Shown: positions 10,201-17,769 of the stretch, piece after piece
Layout: every line of letters starts with the position of its first letter
Position numbering within the stretch: position 1 is the stretch's first letter
Assembly (NCBI GenBank): GCA_965221165.1
Contig: CBDCRP010000003.1
Span: forward strand, 1,920,001 to 1,984,000
Source of the DNA: a bacterium
GTDB lineage: Bacteria; UBA8248
Reading direction: 5' to 3'
Length of the DNA: 64,000 bases
Program-made: the position numbers and the translations under genes
The notes under the pieces: model-generated
Database searches by the model: none
Told to the model about the DNA's origin: nothing
What the model saw: only the letters and a program-made list of their open reading frames with translations

Positions 10201-10295
10201 ATGCACTCGCTGAAAACGGCGTCACCGAGGAACTCGAATCGCTGGTTGGTGAGTTACTCAATACCGCCGAACCCAACCCTCAACCCCCCCGTTGA
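7221..10295 (+). CDS. Fused restriction-modification enzyme (type IIG-like): N-terminal PD-(D/E)xK nuclease, N6-adenine methyltransferase, C-terminal target-recognition region
   Basis: GRIDALLGRTVFEFKS nuclease motif; LGEYYTPDWLA; VMDPSCGSGTFL (motif I); VIGNPPW (motif IV); more AT-rich codon usage than flanks. Confidence 0.88.
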   Translation: MLEIDERERIVSELAEQPGHEKVRALVHRLLVDDLGADSRDIDFEKPVPEVRGRIDALLGRTVFEFKSNLKRERGDAEEGLTRYLTERESQTGEKYVGIATDGADFIAYFLKGDNVVEVGVHKVDAAKSWELSAWLRSVVVLGDGLSPDPQTIKREFGRESLAARRAIDDLDELWSLIGQTPEALLKRELWDRFLGLAYGARVGDDALFLQHTYLAVIAKAIAWAAIIETPPEDANALLHGDAFSNFGITGQSEPDFFDWVLAADAGAELVMRIYRHVNRFCLQDISVDILKALYESLIDPETRHKLGEYYTPDWLAARMVEEVVDNPLEQRVMDPSCGSGTFLFHAVRTLLKAASDSGLSAAKAVRLAVEKVAGVDIHPVAVILARVTYLLALMPALREEHPGTIPLPVYLGDSLQWNLATGRQGDTIDMFNVKDTLEISVPAFEIPEQKKRYQPETLHFPSAVAANAALFDQMLERMIDLGERNRPPEEFVVWLRKNADLPNVERDALKKTYEVMSRLQNEGRNHIWGYVASNLARPVWLASETQKADVVIGNPPWLAYRHMRGDLQERYKKEARTAKVWWTGRGTSANDLSAYFYFRAALLYMRRTGRIALVMPHAAMSGQPYKPFRKGEVARFSSVRFRLRFTQAWAFGYEVQPLFPVPSCVLFAEAHSGTRNAPLPEKILAFSGALPRRDADENEARENLAVQKDAPWPTEASTEIRSHYRKLFRQGAILVPRRLILVKKEVPIGRLPANPHAPLVVGRTGSQDKPPWRDLTPPRDTVEAKFLRTILLGESIAPFRVLIPLLGVIPWDKERGDLMNADRAEKRAYSHLAAWLRQAETLWNENGKGQRAFSEQYDYFGQLSAQFPIAPIRVVYTKAGTNLAACVIRDEAAIIDHKLYWAQVESLNEGKYLCGILNSETLRAGVEQYQSQGQWGARDFDKYVFNLPIPKFVKSDSLHQKIAEAAKTAEDIAHIVPEKEGEYFTRTRRRVRDALAENGVTEELESLVGELLNTAEPNPQPPR

Positions 10296-10439
10296 CGCCG
10301 CGCATCGCTCGTGAAAACATCGGAAAACTTGGCGGAACGCCACGGCGGGAGAGAGGCCGTCTTGGACCAGGGCGGCTATTTCGGCTCACCCACGCCGACC
10401 GAGTAATGGATGACGCAACCACCCAAAAGGAGGAACGAC

Positions 10440-11552
10440 ATGAGAAAGAAACTTCGCATCTACGGCATTGCGGTCGCCGCGCTCGCGGCGTGCGTCGCGG
10501 GTTCTTCGCTCGCGGAGGCGGCCATGATCACCGCGCAGGAGAAAAACCTCATCCGGGCGGCGAAAAAAGAAGGCGGCGTCGTCATCATCAACCCGCTGTT
10601 CAGCGACCGCACCTCGAAGGTGATGAGACCCGCCTTCGTCAAGCGCTACGGCCTGGGGAGCGGCTTCAAGTTCCGCAACGTCCGCAAGGGAACCGGCTCG
10701 ACCGTCGCGCAGGTGCGCCAGGAGATCAAGGCGGGGAAATTCACGGTGGACGTCCACCTCGTGAGCGCGCCGGGGTTTTTCCACGCCGCGGTGAAGCGGG
10801 GCGCGTTCCTGAAGCTCGACAGCGGACAGTGGAAGAACCTCGTCAAAGTCGTGGAGGGCGCCGGTCAGTACCACAACTACCCCTACATCGTGACGCCGCT
10901 GGCATACAGCTTTCAGCCCGTCTGGAACAGTTCGTGTCCGGGCATGAAGAAGGACTTCAAGGTCACCTCGCTCTTCGACGTGGTCGACCCCTCACTCACG
11001 GGCAAGACCATCGTGACCGACATCACCAAGAGCTTCACGACCACCAACACCATCATCGGCCTCACCGAGGCGGGCGTGAACATGAGTGATTTCTGGAAAA
11101 GGATGAAGGCCACCAAGCCCATCGTCATGTTCCGCACCGAGCCGCGCATCCAGACGGTGATCAACTGCGAGCGCCCCGTCGACATGTTCAACCTCACGGG
11201 ACGCGTCTATCAGAACATCCTGAAAAAACCCGACCTCGCCAAGATCATCAAGATGAGCCACTACAAGGAAGGCCAGGTCATGCTCGGCAACCAGGCCGGC
11301 GTGCTCAAGGGCTCTCCGCACCCCAACGCGGGCAAGCTCCTCCTCGAGTTCCTCATGAGCAAGGAAGGCACCGACATCTACGTCGGGAACGAGGCCATCT
11401 ACTCCTTCCGGGCGAACTACACCCCACCGGCGAACGTGCGCCCCTTCCTGATGGACCTGAGCAAGGTCAAGCTGCTCGGCCTCAAGGACTGGGTGGCCGC
11501 CCAGCGCAGCTTCAAGAAAGTGCGCGGGGAGTGGATAAAGGTGTTCAAGTAA
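10440..11552 (+). CDS. ABC transporter extracellular solute-binding protein (Fe3+/thiamine/phosphonate-like cluster), orphan
   Basis: Signal peptide, LIRAAKKEGGVVI, PHPNAGKLLLEFLMSKEG; AGGAGG RBS. Confidence 0.85.
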   Translation: MRKKLRIYGIAVAALAACVAGSSLAEAAMITAQEKNLIRAAKKEGGVVIINPLFSDRTSKVMRPAFVKRYGLGSGFKFRNVRKGTGSTVAQVRQEIKAGKFTVDVHLVSAPGFFHAAVKRGAFLKLDSGQWKNLVKVVEGAGQYHNYPYIVTPLAYSFQPVWNSSCPGMKKDFKVTSLFDVVDPSLTGKTIVTDITKSFTTTNTIIGLTEAGVNMSDFWKRMKATKPIVMFRTEPRIQTVINCERPVDMFNLTGRVYQNILKKPDLAKIIKMSHYKEGQVMLGNQAGVLKGSPHPNAGKLLLEFLMSKEGTDIYVGNEAIYSFRANYTPPANVRPFLMDLSKVKLLGLKDWVAAQRSFKKVRGEWIKVFK

Positions 11553-11606
11553 CATAGGAACCGTCTCGCGCCCGTCTGCGAGGCAATTTTTTCGCAGGCG
11601 GGCCGG

Positions 11607-11720
11607 GCGCGTCTCGATTTTCGTAGGGTCAGACATATATGTCTGCCACCTGTGTGTCCGCCCGAAAGTCGTCCGTGTCGGCGGCGTGAGCGTAGGGGAA
11701 GTATATATGCGACCCCTGCA
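11607..11720. repeat. GTAG-type REP palindromes, second copy of the 6447-6503 element
   Basis: cgtagggtcagacatatatgtctgcc..tgtgtccgcccg matches cgtagggtcggacatatatgtccgaccc..tgtgtccgcccg; also cgtaggggaagtatatatgcgacccct. Confidence 0.75.
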
Positions 11721-11847
11721 AGGGCATCCATTCTCCTCGGGGTCGGGCTTCTCCTCCTCGGTCACGATTGACCCGTGGCGGCCTCCGCCCCGTCTATGAT
11801 AAGAAACACCTCGTTTCCCTATCTCACAGACCGCGCAAGGAGAGCGC

Positions 11848-12867
11848 ATGAGCGATACAATCCGCCTGCTCGTCACGGACGGGGCGTCGGGCAAATTTCT
11901 AAAAAGAGTACAAGCGAACCCCGCCTCCGCTCCTTTTACGATCATCGCACCGGATAGAGCGGACGAGGACGCCCTGCTGGCGCTGGCACCCGAGGCCGAC
12001 GCCATCCTCTGCTACAAGGCGGGGCTTTCGGCCGCCGTCATCCGCGCGGCGAGGAACGTGAAATACATCCAGAAACACGGGCTGAACTGTAAGAACATAG
12101 ACGTAGAAGCGGCGGCGAAGCGCGGGATTCGGGTCGGTACGCAATCGCTCATGCGAAACGCCACGGTGGCCGAGCAGGCCCTGACCCTCATGCTTTGCTG
12201 CGCGCGCAAGACGATTCCGGGTCAAAAGGCGGTCGAGGCCGCCGTTTACAAGGAGATGGGGCTGGAACCGGTCGCCACCAGCCAGTGGAACATCCGGCCC
12301 AACTGGCCCGAACTCGCGGGCGTCGGCGAGCTTTTCGGCGAGAGCGTCGGCATCATCGGCCTGGGCGACATCGGCATGGACATCGCCAAGCGCTGTACGG
12401 CCTTCGACATGAAAATCTACTACCACCAGCGCACGCGGCACACGCCCGATGTCGAGGCGGAGTACCAGGCCGCGTATCTCCCCTTCGATGAGTTGCTCAA
12501 GCGGGTCTCCTACCTCGTGCTCGTCCTGCCGCACACCGAGGAGAGTGCGGGGATGATAGGGGCTGCGCAACTCGCGCGCATGAAAAAAACGGCCACGCTC
12601 ATCAACGTGGGCCGGGGCGCGCTCGTCGATGAAGAAGCGCTCGTCCAGGCGCTCCGAGCAGGGGAGATCGCCATGGCGGGACTCGACGTCTACCGCTATG
12701 AACCCCTGCCTGCGGAGAGTCCGCTCCTCCACATGCCCAACGCCGTGCTTACCCCCCACAACGGCGGCGGCTCGAACCGCCAATGGGACGTGGACATCCC
12801 TGCGTCGCTGGGCAAGATCGCCGCTTTTTTCGGTGGGGAAAAAGAAGGGACGCCGGCGGGTGGATGA
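11848..12867 (+). CDS. D-isomer-specific 2-hydroxyacid dehydrogenase
   Basis: GIIGLGDIG, LINVGRGALVDE, AGLDVYRYEP, LTPHNGG. Confidence 0.92.
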   Translation: MSDTIRLLVTDGASGKFLKRVQANPASAPFTIIAPDRADEDALLALAPEADAILCYKAGLSAAVIRAARNVKYIQKHGLNCKNIDVEAAAKRGIRVGTQSLMRNATVAEQALTLMLCCARKTIPGQKAVEAAVYKEMGLEPVATSQWNIRPNWPELAGVGELFGESVGIIGLGDIGMDIAKRCTAFDMKIYYHQRTRHTPDVEAEYQAAYLPFDELLKRVSYLVLVLPHTEESAGMIGAAQLARMKKTATLINVGRGALVDEEALVQALRAGEIAMAGLDVYRYEPLPAESPLLHMPNAVLTPHNGGGSNRQWDVDIPASLGKIAAFFGGEKEGTPAGG

Positions 12868-13112
12868 GTGGTTTGGCGAGGGGGGAGTGCGGGGCGTAAT
12901 CCCTATACTCTCTCAGGCAGTTCAAAGTATTTTTCCAGCGCCGTTCCCGCCGTCCTCATGTTGCCGGGCATTTCAAAAGCAGTTATAAAGATGGGGCGCA
13001 ATTTCCAATCAGGGAGAATAAGAGGCCGGAGCAGTGGGATGGTTTCCCATGCGGAAAGAGAACCGCAGGAAGCGCTCCCCCGCTCCACGTCCCTCCCAGG
13101 CCCGTATAGCCG

Positions 13113-13482
13113 AAAAAGAGGGGGTTACTCATTATTCCCATTCCTCGCCAGAGGACCCAACTCGAACAGGGAATGGTACTTGCTACTCCACGAGGTTGAG
13201 CAGCCAATGAGTAACCCCCGATTTATTCACCTTCGCCTATATACCCTGAATGCGCCCTCGAAATTCGCCCCGCCATCCGGGAGCGATGCTCCGAAATAAA
13301 AAGAGGGGGTTACCCATTGCTTCCCATTCCGTGCCGGGGGACTCAGCCCCTACAAGGAATAGTGGTTGCGACTCCACGAGGTTGAACAGCCAATGAGTAA
13401 CCCCCAATTTCTTCACCTTCGCCTATGCGCTCCGAATGCACCCTCGAAACTCGCCCCGCCGGCGGCCGTCGAGACGCCGAAA
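13113..13482 (-). repeat. Imperfect tandem duplication (period 185-186 bp) of a lipoprotein 3' end plus a ~100-nt structured element
   Basis: Copy A 13113-13296 and copy B 13298-13482; each has GGGGGTTAC(T/C)CATT...AATGAGTAACCCCC. Confidence 0.9.
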
Positions 13483-14167
13483 GCACCCGCGACGGAGCCC
13501 GGGGCTTCTTTTGCTTCCGCATCCATCACTGAAGCCTCGCCGTAGAATTCACCGCTCCATTCTCCCGAGTATTCACTCCCGGATACGTCGCCCGCGGCCA
13601 CCCCGTGAAAGGGCTTTCCACGTCGCCGAATGCGGCCTCCATGAGAATGATTCTTCCGTCCGGCGTCTCATCGCCCTGAAGAGTGATTCCCGAGAGAACG
13701 CCTCCGATGGTTTTGCCGTCAAAATCAGCTTCAAGCCCTATCCTGGCATCGAAATGCCGGACTTCGCCCGCCCGGGTATGTGCGCCGAGGGCGCCTCCTT
13801 CGTAGGTTGCCGAACCTTCGATCCTGTCGGGCTCACCGCCCAAGTCGAAGGGAGTTCCACCAGGGAGGAGGGCGCCGGGATCGAATTCGGGATTCTCGGC
13901 GAGGAAGAAAGGCGCGCCGCCGAAGGCGACGGCGCCGAGATCGAAAGCGTCGCCATCGGGAGCGGACAGCCAGGCTCCGGCCGAGAGATAGTCCACGTCC
14001 GCGTCCGCAGACGTTTCTCTATCCGAGGCGACCGCGACGCCGCTCGCAAGCGCCTCGCCCGCGCCATAATTTCCGGCTTTCGGCACTGCGGCATGACCGC
14101 CGCTTCCGCCGCCGCAACCGGAAATCATGACTGCCTGCAAGACGAGTATGAGAAAGATGTAAGGCAT
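13413..14167 (-). pseudogene. TbpB/HupA-like beta-barrel surface lipoprotein, split by a 1-nt frameshift near 13600
   Basis: Lipobox MISGC followed by GGGSGG; GSATYEGGALG, LEADFDGKTIGG; continues in another frame as GEWSGEFYG..SVAGAFG..FEGAFGA; break falls in a G-run. Confidence 0.75.
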
Positions 14168-14318
14168 ATGGATTAAACCCTTACGAAATCGGCACGTATT
14201 CCCCTTTTCTGGTTCTCGCAAAAAAATGCTACCTCCCGGAACCATAGCGATGCGTACGAGGCCGACTTTGGCGGCATCTCCACTTCTTTGCCTCTGGCGA
14301 AACATTTTATTTACATAT

Positions 14319-14348
14319 TTGACTAAACGTTCATTTTAGTTTTATAAT
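14319..14348 (+). promoter_or_regulatory. Near-consensus sigma70 promoter with no recognisable protein gene downstream
   Basis: TTGACT-N18-TATAAT in an AT-rich context; overlaps a possible divergent TTGTAT-N18-TATTAT for the lipoprotein. Confidence 0.65.
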
Positions 14349-14354
14349 ACCCCT

Positions 14355-14640
14355 CTAAATTAGTTTCATACAAAAGCCGCTTTCGTATTTGAATTGTTGA
14401 ATTCGCTATGAGGCCAGATCACCCATACAATCCTCCCAAATCCACACGAGGATTGCTTTACCTCAAGCCCCTGGTCGAAATCCGGGCTGGTTGGCATACA
14501 ATCCACGATTTGGAAGAAAAGTGGGTTCCCGCCTATTCCAACTCTTGGGAAGAGTCGTCTTGTATTCAGCGGGCAGCCCGTGAGATCGACCACACATGGA
14601 TTGTATGCCGAGTAAAATAGTGGAGGATTGAATTTGACTT
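14355..14640 (+). ncRNA. Candidate structured ncRNA of unknown family
   Basis: Hairpins at 14428-14455 and 14466-14488; long stem 14493-14505/14597-14609 with nested helices; two loop-loop complementarities. Confidence 0.55.
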
Positions 14641-14924
14641 GTCAAGTGTGAAATGGGGCTTTTATACGAACCTTACAATATCTTTAAGAAAAAATTCGCT
14701 ATCCCCCGAGGAGGCGAAAAACAGGAAACACCACCTCTTCGATTCAGGGAATCCCCTCCAAATCATCTCTCTTTTCGCTCATCCGGCATCCGGTTTCCCG
14801 TCGTGTGTTAGGCCTGTCTTACTTGAAATTTTCTCCGCGGCAGGGTTCGGGGCACGCTCCGCCTGACTCTTTGAATCCACCTGCCTGCAAGCCCGGCGCG
14901 CGCCCATGACGCCCGGGCGGGACG

Positions 14925-15362
14925 CTACTTCTGCGCCCAGTCGGGAATTTCCTCGCCCTCGGGGACGTACTGCAACAGCTCTATCGCGAGGCCTCCCGTG
15001 GTGGCGGCGTTCGCGAAGGTGATGACGCCGCCGCGCGACCCGTAAGTGGGCGGAAGCGTGAACTCCACCCCCCTGGCCTCCCATTCGGCCATCGTGGCCC
15101 TCAGGTCATCGACGACGAAGCAGATATGGTGCAGCCCCTCGCCGCGCGCGGCGATAAACCGGTTGAGCGGGGCATCGGGATTGCTCATCTCCACGAGTTC
15201 CATCACGGCGCCTTCGGCCTCGTAGAAATCGAGACGGGCGGTGTTGCCGGGGCGCTCATAGACCTTTCTCTCCAGGAACCGAAAACCCAGCAAATCCTCC
15301 ATCACGTCCTTTTTCCCGTCCAGATTGCTGACGGCGTAGCCCAGGTGATCCACTTTCGGCAT
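14925..15362 (-). CDS. VOC family protein, methylmalonyl-CoA epimerase-like
   Basis: VDHLGYAV, MELVE, RGEGLHHICFVVDDL, GGLAIELLQ. Confidence 0.85.
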   Translation of the reverse strand: MPKVDHLGYAVSNLDGKKDVMEDLLGFRFLERKVYERPGNTARLDFYEAEGAVMELVEMSNPDAPLNRFIAARGEGLHHICFVVDDLRATMAEWEARGVEFTLPPTYGSRGGVITFANAATTGGLAIELLQYVPEGEEIPDWAQK

Positions 15363-15632
15363 TTTTCAAAACTCCTCCGGAATAAAGAAACGATCCTGCG
15401 AGAATCATCCACAGGCTAACCCGCGCCTCCGGGCGGGCGCAAATTCACCGCGGCCCGGGCGGTCTCCCCCGCGAACGTGATAGATCCCCGCCCGAAGAGG
15501 GGATTGTCCCAAAGAACGCCTCCCGGGAGAACACCCACCCGGCGTAGCAGCCACCCCTGCGGGGTAGCTACCCGAAGAAGCGATATGTATACTCAGCCTC
15601 TTTTGCGGAACAAAGGGGATTATCGAGAACGC

Positions 15633-16517
15633 ATGTCTGCCATTCTGCCGCTTTTGAACATCGTTTTTCCGGTCATGGCCCTGGTCGGCATCGGCTTCCT
15701 CTACGGCCGGTGGAAAAAGCTCGACCCCAAGGTGCTGGCCGAGATGGTGCTGTTCCTCCTCGCGCCAGCCGTGATGTTCGACGCCCTGGCGCGCCAGCAA
15801 ATCCAGTGGGAGGAACTGGTCAAGGCGGGCGTCTTCTCCATTCTGATTCATATCATCCCCGGGGCGGTCGCCTACGCCGTCAAGCGCGCGGCGGGCATGA
15901 CGCAGCGCTCCTTCGTGCCCAGCGTGATGCTCATGAACTCCGTCTCGCTGCCCTATCCCCTGGCGCTTCTGGCATTCGGCGAAGAGGGTCTGGCGCACTT
16001 GGTGCTGCTCTCCATCCCGAACGTCTTCATCACCTTTTCCTTGGGAATCATGGCCCACGGAGGCGGCACGAGCATCAAGGAGCCCCTCAAGATGCCCGCC
16101 CTCTATGCGGCGATAGCGGGCATCATCGTGGCGCTGGCGGCGATTCCCGTGCCCAGATTCATCATGCGCTTCGCGCACCTGACCGGACGCGGCATGTTTC
16201 CGGTGGAACTCTTCACGCTGGGCTACCGGCTTCGCTCCATCCGGGTGTCGGATTTCCGCCTAAGCCTCCTGGTGGCGGGTCTCAGGTTCGGGATCGGTTT
16301 CTCGCTGGCATGGGCGCTGTCCGAGGCCTTTGCGCTCACGGGCGTGTTCCGCGCGTCGCTCTTCCTCTTGTCGTGCAGCCCGCCCGCCGTGCTGAACTAC
16401 ATTTTCGCCGAGCGCTACGGGGACGAAGGCTCCCTCGCCGCCTCCATCGTATTCACGGGCACGGCGCTGAGCTTCATCACCACGCCCCTGCTTCTGCTGT
16501 ATCTGGGAGTGTCCTAG
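15633..16517 (+). CDS. AEC (auxin efflux carrier) family transporter
   Basis: ~10 TM helices, NSVSLPYPLALLAFGEEG, PPAVLNYIFAERY. Confidence 0.88.
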   Translation: MSAILPLLNIVFPVMALVGIGFLYGRWKKLDPKVLAEMVLFLLAPAVMFDALARQQIQWEELVKAGVFSILIHIIPGAVAYAVKRAAGMTQRSFVPSVMLMNSVSLPYPLALLAFGEEGLAHLVLLSIPNVFITFSLGIMAHGGGTSIKEPLKMPALYAAIAGIIVALAAIPVPRFIMRFAHLTGRGMFPVELFTLGYRLRSIRVSDFRLSLLVAGLRFGIGFSLAWALSEAFALTGVFRASLFLLSCSPPAVLNYIFAERYGDEGSLAASIVFTGTALSFITTPLLLLYLGVS

Positions 16518-16519
16518 AA

Positions 16520-16806
16520 TTTCCGGCAGGCAGGCTATATCTCCAAACGAGAGCCACCCGGCCGTTATAAGATCAGATCGGGCGCTTGGGCCGATGTTTC
16601 CGACCGGCAGGCTTTGTTCGCGCACCGGATCGGCGCAGCCGACTCGAAACGCGCGCCCGGACCGGTGTTTCTGACTGGCAGGCATCGTTTCCAAGCTGAA
16701 ACAATGCAGCCGTCATGAGATCGGCCGCTTCGGCCAGCGTTTCCTGCGGGCAGGCATCACCCGCGAACCGAAACCGCGCAGCCCGCATCGCCGACTCGAA
16801 GCGCGC
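16520..16806. repeat. Four degenerate ~72-nt tandem units between convergent genes
   Basis: RTTTCnnnnnGGCAGGC anchors with GGCAGGC at 16529, 16606, 16677 and 16749. Confidence 0.65.
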
Positions 16807-17520
16807 CTAGCCCCGTGTTTCCCCCTGGCCGACCTTGCCCTTGAGCCACAGCCTCAAAGGCTCCTGAAAATAGACCGCCGCCGCCGCGATGAGGACGGTG
16901 ACTACCAGCAGAGTGACCACCAGGCCGTAATGCCCCTTATACATCCCGGCTCCCTGGACCCCCAGCATGATGGTGCCGGGGATTCTGCCCAGAAAGGCGA
17001 TCAGCACGAAGGTCAATGTCTTGAGCGGACTCAGGCCCAGCAGGTAGCACATGTAGTCCTTGGGAAAGCCTGGAATCGAAAAGAATATAAAGGCGAGAAA
17101 CGCGCCCCTGCTCGTGATGAGGAAATCGAATTTCTCCAGAATCCCTGGCGGTATGAGCTTCTCCACGAAGGGACGGCCCAGCTTTCGCCCGAAGTAGAAC
17201 GCGAGGAAACTCCCCAGCGTCAAACCGATGGTGCTGAATACCGTCGCCACGAACGCGCCGTAGACGTAGCCGCCCAGAAACCCCGTGAGTTCGCCGGGTA
17301 TGGGAGAGAAAACCACCTGGAACACCTGCACCCCGATGAACACCACCGGACCCCAGTGGCCGAATGAGTGAATCCAGTCCCGGAACTTCTCTTTCTTGTC
17401 CTGGAGCTTCACCAGGTTCGCCCAGGCGGCGTCCAACTCGCCCCAGAAAAGGTAGACGAGCAGCGCGGTCGCCAGCAGGCAAAACCCCGCCGCCCATAGG
17501 ATTTTCGTCTTGCCGTTCAA
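16807..17520 (-). CDS. TVP38/TMEM64 (DedA/VTT domain) membrane protein
   Basis: QVVFSPIPGE, GLTLGSFLAFYFGR, IPGFPKDYMCYLLG, GRIPG; start codon uncertain. Confidence 0.9.
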   Translation of the reverse strand: MNGKTKILWAAGFCLLATALLVYLFWGELDAAWANLVKLQDKKEKFRDWIHSFGHWGPVVFIGVQVFQVVFSPIPGELTGFLGGYVYGAFVATVFSTIGLTLGSFLAFYFGRKLGRPFVEKLIPPGILEKFDFLITSRGAFLAFIFFSIPGFPKDYMCYLLGLSPLKTLTFVLIAFLGRIPGTIMLGVQGAGMYKGHYGLVVTLLVVTVLIAAAAVYFQEPLRLWLKGKVGQGETRG

Positions 17521-17769
17521 CTCGGGTATTCCTCTTGCGGGCGAATAAATACTTGGAACCAAAACGAACCATTACATACCATCAAATCACCCGCATGGGT
17601 AACAATAAAACCCTTTTCGGCGCAATTGTTGACATCGAAGCGCTCACCGCCCAAGATCGACCCTCCACGAGACATGTCCGGAGTCATTGGAGAAGACATG
17701 GCAAACGCCCGCCCGAACGCGCATCCCGAAAACTTGAACGCAGACTCCGCGCGCCCGGGGGAGAGCCGC

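Noticed and set aside
12903-13088. 61-aa ORF or LysR C-terminal fragment
   Set aside because: Only a vague LPDW resemblance; cannot be supported without a search.
13120-13405. c-di-AMP (ydaO) riboswitch, suggested by AACCTCGT and the DAC gene
   Set aside because: The other ydaO conserved blocks (5' GCUGAA and the overall architecture) are missing, and the element lies 3' of a gene.
13113-13482. DGR template/variable repeat pair
   Set aside because: Mismatches are not confined to adenines on either strand, and there is no reverse transcriptase in the window.
14408-14620. 70-aa ORF as the product of the 14319 promoter
   Set aside because: No clear RBS or family resemblance; extensive base-pairing explains the sequence better. 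Not fully excluded.
14355-14640. 6S RNA or IS110 bridge RNA
   Set aside because: Lacks the usual zapA/ygfA context and single central bubble of 6S; no IS110 recombinase nearby.
16520-16806. CRISPR array
   Set aside because: The repeats are too divergent, the spacers are related to each other, and no cas genes are in the window. Kept only as a degenerate tandem repeat.
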